Assembly (NCBI GenBank): GCA_030390025.1
Contig: CM059433.1
Span: 6,636,001 to 6,700,000, forward strand
Source of the DNA: Squalus acanthias
Lineage: Eukaryota
Length of the DNA: 64,000 nucleotides
Direction of reading: 5' to 3'
Positions 10,815 to 23,456 of the stretch are shown in pieces. The position numbers were made by a program, and so were the translations under genes. Position 1 is the stretch's first letter. Each line of letters opens with the position of its first letter. Below the pieces are notes generated by a model. It was not told where the DNA came from. It saw only the letters and a list, made by a program, of their open reading frames with translations, and ran no database searches.

Positions 10815-10997
10815 CTGGGCCATCCCACTCTCCTGGGCCATCCCACTCTCCTGGGCCATCCCACTCTCCTGGGCCATCCCACTCTCCTGGGCCATCCCAC
10901 TCTCCTGGGCCATCCCACTCTCCTGGGCCATCCCACTCTCCTGGGCCATCCCACTCTCCTGGGCCATCCCACTCTCCTGGGCCATCCCACTCTCCTG
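10815..10997. repeat. Perfect 18-bp minisatellite (CTGGGCCATCCCACTCTC) x10
   Basis: Ten identical units read directly. Confidence 0.95.
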
Positions 10998-12774
10998 CCG
11001 AAACAGCTTGGATACGGGAGCCAAGCTACAACATACAGGCAGACATTATTTGAAACAGTGGCTGTCCCAGGAGTTATGCAAGTGTCCTGAATAGCTTCTG
11101 GAATGACCTACGCCCTGTAACCCTGCCCAATGTGCTGGCCTGATTTAGGGCAAAAAGGCCAGCACAAATTCCAGGAGATTACATTCAGATTGGATCAACC
11201 CCCTGATCCTGCGCAAGCATTGATATTCAAATTTCCACGAATTGCTAAAATGGGGTAAAGAATTGAAGAAAGTAGCAGAGTGTGGATGTGACCGCAGTAG
11301 CTGGTATTTAATGGCATTATCAATACAAAGGGCAAGATGGAAAACCACAATCAATATTACAGTCCATTATTCAACTGAATAATGCATTGAAATCTGACTG
11401 GAGGGAAAGGCAAATGACCCATTTTACAAGCAGCCCCAGTAGAATCCTTAACCAAACCATGTTATTTAAACACGTGTTTAAAGTGAATAATTATAGATTG
11501 CCATGGTGACTACAGTTTACTCTTTTGGTTGAAGCCCTCAGAAAGCCAGCATAAGTACGTGATATGATTATATCTTTTTTTTTTACTAATAAGGAGAGGA
11601 TGCCAAGGCTAGAACCACTCACGTTAATTTGATTGCAAAGTTAACTGGAAAAACATTTCCCCAACAGTGTTTAAAGTGTTTTTATTGCATTCCGTTGGAA
11701 AGGATAGAGGGGCAGGGGAGAGGTTAGAATGAGATAAACTGAAATATTTCATAAGAAACAACATTCAATCATGCAGAACACTTTGGAAGGTTATTAAATG
11801 GAGTTCTGTTTGTTTTTCCAAACAGATTGGGATACTTGATTTTATGATGTTGCAGTAGATATGCTGCCACTATTTCCGATAGCTTTACATAACACTGTAG
11901 TTAGAAGAGCCTAACAGGCAATCCAAAGATTATCTAAAAGATTCTCAGTGTGCAGAATGTTTTAGGTTATTCAACAACAACTTCAATTCAAAAACAACTT
12001 GCATTCATATAGCGCCTTTAACACAGTAAAATGTCACAAGGCGCTTCACAGGAGTGATTATCAAACAAAATTTGACAAAATTAATCGACTAATTTTCATA
12101 AGGGATACACCAGGGGTGTACAGCAATGAAGATCTTCCTTTTTGCAGGGTTACTCCAGTAGGTAAACATTGCTTTTTAAAAACTGAAGAGATTATTTCAA
12201 AGTACATGGTTGCTGATTTGACATCTTACTGTCATAAGGCCTGTTTTGCAGTTTGAAGGTTAAAAGGCTAATGTTCCTTCTTTGTGCAATGGTAATGGCG
12301 CAGGCCACACAGATACTCTGGAATCTGACCAGGTACAAATGGGGTCCTTGCTCTGGGCACCAAGCTCACAATAATCTTCCCTTTCCCCTAATCCGCTTCC
12401 ATCCCACCAGCACCGATACTGGGGAATTACAAAAGGAAGCAGACTGGTGTTCTAACCATCCTACCATCTAACTTTTATCTTCTCCCTGCAATGCCAACAG
12501 GCATAAATCATACTCTATGCGATGCTCTGTCTCCATCTCTGGGGATAGGCTATTGAAAATCATATTGGTAAGATTAAATTGTGTAAACTGACTGGATTAG
12601 AAGAGACCAGAGTCATAAAATGATCAGTAGGTGAATCACATTTGATCATGTCCCACATTTTCCTATTAACTATTCAAAATTGACATTGCAGAGGCTCTTT
12701 TGGCTGAAAGGGGAGGTTAAAATAAGTGAGACAATAAGGACCCCACAAAAATGTTTTTTCCCAAATATCTAGAA

Positions 12775-14360
12775 ATATCTCACATTGAACAACTTCTCCT
12801 TTGACTCCACTCACTTCCTCCAAATTAAAGGTGTTGCTATGGGAACCCGCATGGGTCCTAGCTATGCCTGCCTTTTCGTGGGATATGTGGAACACTCTTT
12901 GTTCCAGTCCTACCCCGGTCCCCTCCCTCACCTCTTTTTCCGGTACATTGATGACTGTATCGGTGCCGTTTCCTGCTCTCGCCCTGAACTAGAAAATTTC
13001 ATTCACTTTGCTTCCAATTTCCACCCTTCCCTCACCTTCACATGGTTCATCTCCAACTCTTCCCTTCCCTTCCTCGACTTCTCTGTCTCCATCTCTGGGG
13101 ATAGGCTATTGACAAATATTCACCATAAGCCCACTGACTCCCACAGCTACCTGGACTACACTTCCTCCCACCCCGCTTCCTGTAAGGGCTCTATTCATTC
13201 TCCCAGTTTCTCCGTTTCCGCCACATCTGCTCTGACGATGTCACCTTCCATACTAGTGCTTCCGACATGTCTTCTTTTTTCCTCAACCGAGGATTCCCCT
13301 CTACCATGGTTGACACGGCCCTTGACCGTGTCCGTTCTATTTCCCGCACTTCTGCTCTCACCCCTTCCCCTCCCTCCCGGAACCACGATAGGGTTCCCCT
13401 TGTCCTCACCTTTCACCCCACCAGACTTCATATTCAACGGATCATCCTCCGCCATTTCCGCCACAACCAGCGTGATCCCACCACCAAACGTATCTTCCCC
13501 TCACCTCCCCTTTCAGCATTCCAAAGGGACCGCTCCCTCCGCGACACCCTGGTCCACTCCTCTATCACCCCCAACACCCCTTCCCCTTCACCTTCCTGTG
13601 CAAGCGCAGGAGATGCAACAGCTGCCCTTTTACCTCCTCCCTTCCCACTGTCCAGGGCCCCAAACACTCCTTCCAGGTGAAACAGCGATTTATTTGTACT
13701 TCTTGCAATTTAGTATACTGTATTCGCTGCTCACGATGTGGTCTCCTCTACATTGGGGAGACCAAACGTAGATTGGGTGACCGCTTTGCGGAACACCTCC
13801 GTTCAGTCCGTAAGCGTGACCCCGAGTTTCCGGTCGCCTGTCACTTTAATTCTCCGCTCCACTCCCACTCTGACCTCTCTGTCCTCGGCCTCTTACACTG
13901 TTCCAATGAAGCTCAACGTAAGCTCAAGGAACAGCACCTCATCTTTTGATTAGGCACTTTACAGCCTTCTGGACTCAACATTGAGTTCAACAATTTCACA
14001 CTATAACCACGGCCCCTATTTTTTTTCACATGGCAGCTGTTGATGATTCTGCCATTCCCATTTACACTTCATCTCGAGCCATCTTTTGTTTCTTAACTTG
14101 TTCCATTACCATCTCCTTTTGTCTTGCAAGATCATCCCTTTTGTCTCTTAATCTCTCCTGCCTTCCACCCTATCACAGACCTTCCCTTTTGTTCTTTCCT
14201 CCCCTCCCCCTTTCCCTGCCCCTGCACTTGCTTAAAAACCTGTTCCATCTCCAGCTTTTTCCAGTTCTGACGAAGGGTCATCGACCTGAAGCGTTAACTC
14301 TGTTTCTCTCTCCACAGATGCTGCCTGACCTGCTGAGTGTTTCCAGCATTTTCTGTTTTT
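12775..14360 (+). mobile_element. Penelope-like element, 5'-truncated and frameshifted (RT + GIY-YIG)
   Basis: RT GVAMGTRMGPSYACLF and FRYIDD. GIY-YIG nuclease NLVYCIRCSRCGLLYIGETKRRLGDRFAEH (13677-13949). 3' pseudo-LTR also seen at 24795-24930, 27777-28150, 34730-34925, 38880-38950. Confidence 0.93.
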
Positions 14361-14404
14361 AGCTAGAAAGTTCTGTTCTGTGTGTATTTTTGAATGCAGA
14401 TGCA

Positions 14405-14725
14405 AAAGAAAGAAAGAAAGACTTGCATTTATATAGCGCCTTTCACAACTTCAGGACGTCCCAAAGTGCTTTACAGCCGATGAAGTACTTTTGAAGTGTT
14501 GTCACTGTTGTAATGTGGGAAATGCGGCAGCCAATTTGTGCACAGCAAGCTCCCACAAACAGCAATGTGATAATGACCAGAAACTTAGTAGTTTTAGTGA
14601 TGTTGGTTGAGGAATAAATATTGGCCAGGACACCAGAGAAATCTCCCCTGCTATTCTTCGAATAGTGCTGTGGGATCTTTTATGTCCACCTGAGAGGGCA
14701 GACAGAGCTTCGGGTTAACATCATC
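14405..14725 (-). mobile_element. Deu-type SINE 3' fragment
   Basis: Reverse complement of the SINE at 51862-52290, with the AAAGGCGCTATATAAATGCAAG(TCTT)n tail. Confidence 0.8.
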
Positions 14726-14726
14726 C

Positions 14727-15680
14727 AACAACAACAACAACTTTTATTTATATAGCGCCTTTAACATAGTAAAATGTCCCAAGGCGCTTCACAGGAGTAT
14801 TGTAAAACAAAATTTGACACCGAGCCGCATAAGGACAAGTTAGGGCAGATGACCAAAAGCTTGGTCAAAGAGGTAGATTTTAAGGAGCGTCTTAAAGGAG
14901 GAAAGAGAGGTGGAGAGATAGAGAGGCGTTGCAAAACCGGGAGCTAATGTAGGTCAGCGAGCACAGGGGTGATGGGTGAACGGGACTTGGTGCGAGTTAG
15001 GACACAGGCAGCGAGTTTTGGATGACCTCAAGTTTACGTAGGGTGGAATGTGGGAGGCCAGCCAGGAGTGCGTTAGGATTGTTAAGTCTAGAGGTAACGA
15101 AGGCATGGCTGAGGGTTTCAGCAGCAGATGAGCTGAGGCAAGGGCGGAGACGGGCAATGTTACGGAGGTGGAAGTAGGCGGTCTTAGTTATGGCGCGGAT
15201 ATGTGGTCAGAAGCTCATTTCAGGGTCAAATATGACACCAAGGTTGTGAACAGTGTGGTTCAGCCTCAGACAGATGCTAATGAGAGGGATGAAGTCAGTG
15301 GCTAGGGAACGGAGTTTGTGGCGGGGACCGAAGACAATGGCTTTGGTCTTCCCAATATTTAATTGGAGGAAATTTCTGCTCATCCAGTACTGTATATTGG
15401 ACAAGCGATCTGACAATTTAGAGACTGTGGAGGGGTCGAGAGAAGTGGTGGTGAGGTAGAGCTTGGATGTCGGCAGCGTACATGTGGAAACTGACTGTGT
15501 TTTTGGCTGATGTCGCTGAGGGGCAGCATGTAGATGAGAAATAGGAGGGGGCCGAGGATAGATCCCTGGGGGACCCCAGCGGTAACAATGCGGGAGCGGG
15601 AAGAGAAACCGTTGCAGGTGATTCTCTGGCTACGATTAGATAGACAAGAATGGAACCAGGCAAGTGGAGTCCCATCCAGC
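14727..15680 (-). mobile_element. L2-type LINE fragment, internally deleted
   Basis: RT remnants (FHMYAAD, WMSRNFLQLNIGKT, NLGVIFDPEMSF) and (CAA)n tail. Confidence 0.88.
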
Positions 15681-16668
15681 TTGGGTGATCCGATGATCTA
15701 ATTAACAATGCAGGTCTCTCCACCGCCCCCCCCCCCCACCCCACCAAACCATATCTATCTCTCTACCTCTTCCCCTGTTCTCTATTTTACTTTCTCCCAC
15801 TCCTTCATTCCTCGCATTCCTTCTCTCTCCTCCTTAATTCCCTCTCTTTCATGTCTCCATAGGGCAGAAAGTGCTCGGGCAGGCAGGCGAGATGGAAAGC
15901 ACTTGGAAGGAGTAGGAAGGCAGGTCAAAAAGCACTCGGGTTGGGTGGGTAAGTGAACTAACAGGAAGGCCAGAAGTACTCAGGGCAGTAAAGGGGACAA
16001 GCAGGCAGGCTGGGAAACACTTGGGGCACACGAGTAAATGAGTAGGTTCCAGTGGGAATGACTCCAGGCGGGTGGGGCAGGCTGGGCAGCAAAGGCTTTT
16101 TAAAAATTCGTTCATGGAATGTGGGCGTCGCTGGCAAGGCCCAGCATTTATTTCCCATCCCTAGTTGCCCTTGAGAAGGTGGTGGTGAGCCGCTGCCTTG
16201 AACCACTGCAGTCCGTGTGGTGAAGGTACTCCCGCACTGCTGTTAGGGAGGGAGTTCCAGGATTTTGACCCAACGACGATGAAGGAACGGCCGATATATT
16301 TCTAAGTCAGGATGGTGTGTGACTTGCAGGTGGTGGTGTTCCCATGCGCCTGCTGCCCTTGTCCTTCTAGGTGGAAGAGGTCGAGGGTTTGGGAGGTGCT
16401 GCTGAAGAAGCCTTGGCGAGTTGCTGCAGTGCATCTTGTAGATGGTACACACTGCAGCCACGGTACGCCGGTGGTGGAGGGAGTGAATGTTTAAGGTGGT
16501 GGATGGGCAGATTAGTGAAGGATTCTGGACTTTTCAATACCGGTTTTAAGGAAACTAAAGGATTGGCTAAATTACCTGCTGAAGGAGCTTCAAATACTAA
16601 TTCAGACTGTCTGGAAGGCTGAGGATAACGAGCCTTGAGAGAATGTGGGAAACAGTCGTAAACACCAG

Positions 16669-17561
16669 GGGGGAGAAATTCAGTATCGCCCCATTTGGGG
16701 CGCAATTATCGGCCGGGCGCAAAGATTAGCGCCTGCCGCTAATTATCGCCACCGACTGCAAACTTGACTTTTATCGCCCCTGGAGGTGATTGGAGCGCTA
16801 AATCAGGCGCTTCACACCTGTCTTAAGGCGCAAAGGCCGAGGAGTGAGGTGCTACCTCAGAGCGCTGGCGAAGCTCATGTGATGTCAGCCAGCAATGGAA
16901 CACACACACAATGGCCCGGGCCAGTTCTTAAAGGGGATGGTTAATCTTGCTTTCCATCCACATCCTGCTCATTGCAGCCTTGAATCTCGGCCTGGAGAGA
17001 CCTGCACATCAAATCTGCTGGAAAGAACAATGGAGAGTACCAGGCAAAGAGCTCAGAATGCAGCCCCCACAGACTCTTCTAAATCGATACAAGGAATGGC
17101 AGATCAATATGAACCTGCAAAGTGCTGCTCAGTACCCAAAACTCCTTCACACAACGTTGAATCTCTCCAGAAGTCTCTCTCTCTCTCTCTCAGAATGCGT
17201 AGTTCAAAAATGGCACCAACAATAAAAGGCAGGAAGCGGTCACCTTTAAATAGCGCTCCCCCTTTCCCTTCATGACTGCAGAACGCTCCCCTCAACCTGT
17301 CGTTGCTACCGTCAGGCGGTAAGGCAGGGGGCGCCACTCAATTTCCGCTCCGGGGCGTTACCGGGGCGTTGCGTACTCGACTGACGTCACGATCTGCCGG
17401 CGCAGGAGATCGTGGCGGTAGTGTTTAGCGCCGCCGCAAAATGTCTAGTTAATTTCGCGAGCGGCGCAAACTTCGCCGCGCCTGGGCGCTAGATGCTTTG
17501 CGCCCCATTAGCGCCCTCTTAAGGCGCTAACGGGAGGCGCAACCAACTGAATTTTTCCCCC
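16669..17561. mobile_element. PIF/Harbinger-type MITE family A, copy 1
   Basis: TIR GGGGGAGAAATTCAGT / ACTGAATTTTTCCCCC, 3-bp TSD CAG. Homologous to 22561-23456 and 25677-26541. Confidence 0.9.
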
Positions 17562-17647
17562 CAGGTGTTTTTGTAGCAAACCATGGGAAAGTGAAAGAGG
17601 AAAGTTACTGAAAAGCTTGTTTTTTTCAGCAAGAATGGTGTAAGAGA

Positions 17648-20238
17648 TGTAATGTATGTGGTAGAACAAATGAAGGACAGAGACACCATGAGCTGCTAGT
17701 CCATGTGCTTGTTTTATTAGGCCAGAGAGAACTGAGCATGCTCATACCAAACCATGTGACAAACCATGCGATAAAAAAAATGTATATATTCCCCTCTCAA
17801 ATACAACAAAACTATGGTCCCACCTTTCCCAGCATTACATGTACCACATAACAAAAACACCTGGCTTTTTTTCTTTTAAATGAACTACAAATCCAGTTTA
17901 ATAACAGGTTTGCGGAGCCTTCCTGATCTCCTTACGGAAGGTTTTGGTGTTGAACCAATTTTCAGGCTGTTTTGTTTTGGTTCCAAACTCAAAGATGATT
18001 CTGTTTCTATCTCAGACTTTTTTGAACCTGGTACTTCAGTTACTGAAGTCTGAAATGAGTCAAACTCATGAATGAGTTCATGATCAAGGGGCTCAAGATC
18101 ATGTCTTGGTTCATCTCCAGCAGAGATCGTTTGATCTACATGAACACTTCGGATGTTGTCACCAATTTCAATCAAATATCTCTTGGTTCCACCAACCTCT
18201 ACTATGGTTCCTACATCCCACTTGTGTGAACTCGACTTGCCAGGGGGACTGAGAACACGAACACACTCGTTTTGTTTGAAACTGTGTTCTTTCTGATTGG
18301 TGTCATAATAACGTTTCTGACTCAACTGCTTCTGTTCAACTCTTGAGGCCAAATTCGGTTGAACAAGACTCAGTCATGTTTGCAATCTCCTCTTCATCAA
18401 GAGTTCTGCTGGGGTATATCCAGTTGTAGTGTGCAGAGTAGTTCTGTACTTCAGCAAGAAATTTGCCAAATGTTGCTTCATGCTGAGTCCCGAACAACCC
18501 TGCAACACTTGCTTTTTGAGAACTTCTTTTACTATTCTGACTGACCTTTTGGCTCCGTTTGAAGCTGGATGATATGGTGGAATGAGAGTGTGTTTGATAC
18601 CGTTCCATTTCATGAACTCTTGGAATAGAGTAGAACTGAACTGAGGGCCATTGTCAGAAACAAGCTCTTCAGGTAAGCCATGACAGGCGAAGATAGACCT
18701 CAACTCATCTATGGTACGTTCAGTTGTAGTATTTGAACCCATGTGTTTCACTTCAATCCACTTTGAGTGACTATCTACAAGTACCAGGAAATAATCATTT
18801 GCTTTCTCACAGAAGTCTACGTGTACTCTCTGAAAAGGTCTACTTGGCCATGACCAGGGTTGTAGTGGAGTTTTGGGTGGTTTGTTTCTGCAATTTTGGC
18901 AAATGCTGATTCAAGATCACTGTCCAATCCAGGCCAGTAAACAAAGCTTCTTGCAATTGATTTCATACTGACGATCCCTGGATGTTCAGTATGAAGTTTG
19001 GCTAGAATTCTATCTCTTAAAGAAGTAGGTACCACCACTCTGTTTCCCCACTTGATACAACCTTGCTCACAAGACAATTCAGTATGACGGTTATGGAATG
19101 GTTTCAATTCTGTGGCCATACGCTGATCAGTTCATCCATTCAAGGTGTTTTTATGCACTCTTTTCAGTACTGAGTCCTTTTGAGTCTCATCTGCAATCTC
19201 AGTTGCATTCACGGGAAAGTCTTTGTCAACTGCACCTAGTGTGAAAATCTCACCTTCACTCCCAACACGAGTCCTCATATGGTAACCTGGACAAGGCATC
19301 TGTGATTGCGTTTTGCTTGGAAGTGCGATATTCAATCGTGTAGTCATATTGTGACAACAACACTGCCCAACGTTGCATTCTTGATGCGGCCATTGCAGGA
19401 ATGGCAGATTTGGGCCCCAATATTGCTAGGAGCGGTTTGTGATCGGTTATCAGGGTAAACTTTCTGCCGATCAGGAACTATTGGCATTTCTTGATTCCAA
19501 ACACTATGGCGAGTGTTTCCTTTTCAATTTGTGAGTAGTTTCTTTCGCTCTTTGTGAGGGTTCACGATGCGAATGCGATTGGTTTCTCTTGGCCGTCATC
19601 CATTATGTGGCTTATGACAGCTCCCACACCGTAGCTAGAAGAATCACACGCTAACTTAAGCTCACGCTCTGTGTCATAGTGCACAAGTAGAGCATCGCTA
19701 GAGAGACTTCTCTTATTAGCGTCGTAAGCTTCCTGTTGCGCTTTTGTCCACTTCCACTGGACATCCTTCTTGAGGAACTCGTGCAATCGAGCTAACATAG
19801 TCGCTATCTCAGGTAAGAAACGTGCGTAGTACTGGACCATTCCAAGGAAAGATCTTAACTCAGACACGTTCTGTGGCTTTGGAGCATTGATGACAGCATC
19901 AACCTTTCCCTTCACTGGTTGTAAGCCATTTGCATCAATTTTCAGACCAAGGTACACAACCTTGGGCTGCACAAAAGCACATTTGCTCCTTTTCAATTTA
20001 GGTGTCACAAATTCACCTTAAACATGCCCAATGGAAGCTTGAACACTGTGTGCTTCCATGATCCCTAAAAATGGCTCTGGGATCCCATCCTTGTCGCCAA
20101 AATGTAATATATGTGAGTAGAACAAATGAAGGACAGAGACACAATGAGTTGTTAGTCCATGCGCTTTTTTACTAGGCCAGAGCGAACTGAGCATGCTCAT
20201 ACCAAACCATGTGACAAACCATGTGATAATACATTACA
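17648..20238 (-). mobile_element. Degenerate, internally deleted Gypsy LTR retrotransposon
   Basis: Diverged LTRs of about 135 bp (17648-~17785, 20103-20238), TSD AGAGA/AGAGC, PBS at 20082-20099. Broken RT C-terminus, RNase H (CDSSSYGVGAV) and integrase (HPG, SDNGPQF, PYHPASNG) ORFs. Confidence 0.92.
20082..20099 (-). other. tRNA-Ser(GCU)-type primer-binding site
   Basis: TGGCGACAAGGATGGGAT, 17/18 complementary to the 3' end of vertebrate tRNA-Ser(GCU) as recalled (ATCCCATCCTCGTCGCCA). Confidence 0.8.
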
Positions 20239-21286
20239 AGAGCAGCCATTCTAAAATCAATGAAAGAGACTGTCCACGATCAGACCTCAAAGACAGACCA
20301 GAAGACCAAGGAGGACATCAACAAAGAATTAACCTCTCAGTCTCCTGAAACAGAAGAATTGGCCATTCTGAGTATTGAGTTGCACTATGAATCTCTATCT
20401 GTTTGTTGTACTTTAATGTTAATAAAACCATATTTTAAAGCCTTAGTTGATCTTGCATCTGATTACCTTAAAGAATAAAGAGAGTTAAAACAAAAGCCCT
20501 ACATTAGGTTGAGGTAGGCAGGTAGGGGCTGGAAGCACTGAGGGCAGGTAGGTCGGAAACCACTCAGGCAGACCAGACAGACCAGCAGATGAACCGGAAG
20601 CATTTAAGGCTGGCAGGCGGGTAATCTGGCAAGTACTGAGGACAGGCCAGTGAGCTGCTGGTCTTATTGGGGCAGGTCAGAAAGCACTTGGGGTGGACAA
20701 TCAAGGAGCACTTGGGGCAGCAGGTCAGGAAGCACTTGGGCTGGGCAAGCAAGCAGGTGGGTCAGCAAGCACTCAAAAAGCCGGGTGAGCAAGGTAGACA
20801 GGCCAGCAAGCTGAGTGAACAAAAGCAGGTCGGCCAAGAAGCTTCCAGGCCAAGCAAGCACGCAGGCCAGAAACACTCAACGCCGAGCAGTCTTGCAAGC
20901 AAGCGAGTGAAGAAATCCTACCCAACGTGTCATTCATACTTTTCTGCTGTACTCGTTTACTGCATTATCACAAGTGCAGTCAACACATCTGGTAGAAGAG
21001 CCAAAAAACAGCAACAGCTAGTGAGAAAACCAAAGGTGGGAAGAATTGAAGTGGAAACAGCTTCAGGCAAGTTAAGATAGGATACAATGGGTAGCGAAGG
21101 ACTCCAGGTAAGATAGGCCAAACTGCTGAAGGGAATATGGGAGACTGGGTCATTAGAACTTCAGCAGAGGCAGTGGGGTCGAGCTAAAATAAAGAAACAA
21201 CGAAATTGCATTTATACAGTGACTTTCATGTCCTTGCGATGTCCCAAAGCAGTTCACAGCTAATGAAGTATTTTTGAAGTGTAGTC

Positions 21287-21652
21287 GTGTGTGCTAGGGC
21301 CGATGTAGCAGAGCCTGGTCTCCAATCGTCTCGGATCCCCCTTGCCATTGGACCAAGACCTTGCTCTGTCAAGCCCCGTGTGGTAGCTGGTGGGCAACGG
21401 CCACCCTACGTTAAAAGAATTCACGCACGGGCATCTTCCACCCTTTAAAATGAAGTTCGGGACCTGGAAGGTCAGGACCCTCATGGACAACCCCAACAGC
21501 GCACCCCACCCCACCCGCCCCTTCAACCACCGTCTGCCCCACCTGTGACAGAGACTGTAGGTCCCGCATTGGACTCATCAGTCACCTGAGAACTCATTTT
21601 TAGTGTGGAAGCAAGTCATCCTCGGTTCCGAGGGACTGCCTAAGAAGAAGAA
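21287..21652 (+). mobile_element. Short internally deleted RTE-clade element inserted in a SINE
   Basis: 5' UTR plus endonuclease start (MKFGTWKVRTLMD) joined to the C-terminal CPTC..C.SRIGLISHLRTH and an (AAG)n tail. TSD GAA(G/T)TGTAGTC. Confidence 0.82.
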
Positions 21653-22560
21653 GAATTGTAGTCACTGTTGTAATGTAGGGAAACCTGGCAGCCTACTTGT
21701 GCACTGACTGCAATGAGATAAATGACCAGGTAATGTGCTTTTAGTGGTGTTGGTTGTGGGCTAGGCTTTATATGGTTAAAATGGACTGAAGCAGGAGGAG
21801 CCATTGTATTTGCAGAAAAAAAAACATTAGCCAAGCTCGTTCCAATAATTAAAGCTTTGATTCATTCACATTTAGTTCATCAGATATTTGATTAGTGGCT
21901 TACCAATCAATCCTGATTTCAGGCAAACACTAACTTTTTGCCCTGAAGTTTGGCACTTTCAGGCACGGCATCTTTGAAAAGAGTAACGTGGAAAGAGTGT
22001 AATTAATACAAGACTTTTAATTATGTAGGTTGTAATGTGTTAAAACTGAATTCAATATATTTATCATAAATTCGAAGCATTTTGTGATAGTTTATAATGA
22101 GCTCAACACGTAGGATCAAGACTGAGTTCACAACTCTCAATCTTTGTTTTGTTTGTATTCTCATCAATCATAATTTTCGAAGTGTTATCAGGAACAGCGG
22201 CAACATATTTGCTGCAACAACATAAGGTCAAGTATCCCAGTGTCCTTTGAAATACAAACAGACCTCCATTTAAATGTAAAATGAAGACGGGCATTACTTT
22301 AGTCTTTTGGCAGCTGCCATGGAAACCAAACTGTTAAATCACTCGTCATAGAATAGACATTGGTACACAGGGATGATAAAACTGCAAGATCTTCCCTACC
22401 CCTGAAACAATGGATGTAACAATAGCAAAGCATTGTTCCTGTTTTCTACGTTATTTATGAAAAATGATTCGTGTACTATAAATCGCAACATGCTTGAAAT
22501 AATTCTACAACTTCAATCATTCAGTTCCAATACACTCACCGATGGTTATACCAATACAAT

Positions 22561-23456
22561 GGGGGAAAAATTCGGTTGGTTTGCGCCTCCCGTTAGCGCC
22601 TTAAGAGAGCGCTAATGGGGCGCAAAGCAACTAGCGCCCGGGCGCGGCGATGTTTGCGCCGCTCGCGAAATTAACTAGACATTTTGCGGCGGCGCTAAAC
22701 ACTACCGCCACGATCTCCTGCGCCGGCAGATCGTGACGTCAGTCGAGTGCGCAACGCCCCGGTAACACACCGGAGCGGATATTGAGTGGCGCCCCCTGCT
22801 TTACCGCCTGCCGCTAGCAACGACAGGTTGAGGGGAGCGTTTTGCAGTCAGGAAGGGACTGGGGGAGCGCTACTTAAAGGCGACCGCTTCCTGCCTTTTT
22901 TTGTTGGTGACATTTTTGCACCACGCATTCTGAGAGAGAGAGAGAGAGAGACTTCTGGAGAGATTCAGCGCTGTGTGAAGGAGTTTTGGGTACTGAGCGG
23001 CACTTTGCAGGTTCATTTTGATTTGGCCTTCCTTGTATCGATTTAGAAGAGACTGTGGGGGCTGCACTCTGAGCTCTTTCCCTGGTCCTCTCCATTGTTC
23101 TTTCCAGCAGATTTGATGTACAGGTCTCTCCAGGCCGAGATTCAAGGCTGCAATGAGCAGGATGTGGATGGAGAGCAAGATCAACCCTCCCCTTTAAGAA
23201 CTGGCCAGTGCCATTGTGTCTGTGTTCCATTGCTGACTGACATCACATGAGCTTCGCCAGCGCTCTGAGCTAGTGCCTCGCTCCTCGGCCGTTGCGCCTT
23301 AAGACAGGTGTGTAGCGCCTGATTTAGCGCTCCAATCACCTCCAGAGGCGATAAAAGTCAAGTTTGCAGTCGGTGGCAATAAATAGCGCCAGGCGCTAAT
23401 CTTTGCGCCCGGCCGATAATTGCGCCCCAAATGGGGCGATACTGAATTTCTCCCCC
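22561..23456. mobile_element. Harbinger-type MITE family A, copy 2 (inverted)
   Basis: Same TIRs as copy 1, TSD AAT. Confidence 0.9.

Larger units (their letters stand above)
16516..20503 (+). mobile_element. Probable solo LTR (about 500 bp once two nested insertions are removed)
   Basis: TGAAGG...CCTACA ends, 4-bp TSD TTAG (16512-16515/20504-20507), AATAAA at 20421. Confidence 0.65.

Noticed and set aside
10655..11053. ORFs with GPSHSP/ESGMAQ repeats
   Set aside because: By-product of a stop-free 18-bp minisatellite, with no exon support.
16895..17275. Apparently conserved ORF also at 22874-23230 and 26058-26273
   Set aside because: Similarity reflects MITE copies. Frames and stops differ among them.
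20505..20910. CRISPR-like repeat-spacer appearance
   Set aside because: Repeats are only about 10 nt and degenerate, spacers are irregular and low-complexity, there are no cas genes and the context is vertebrate.
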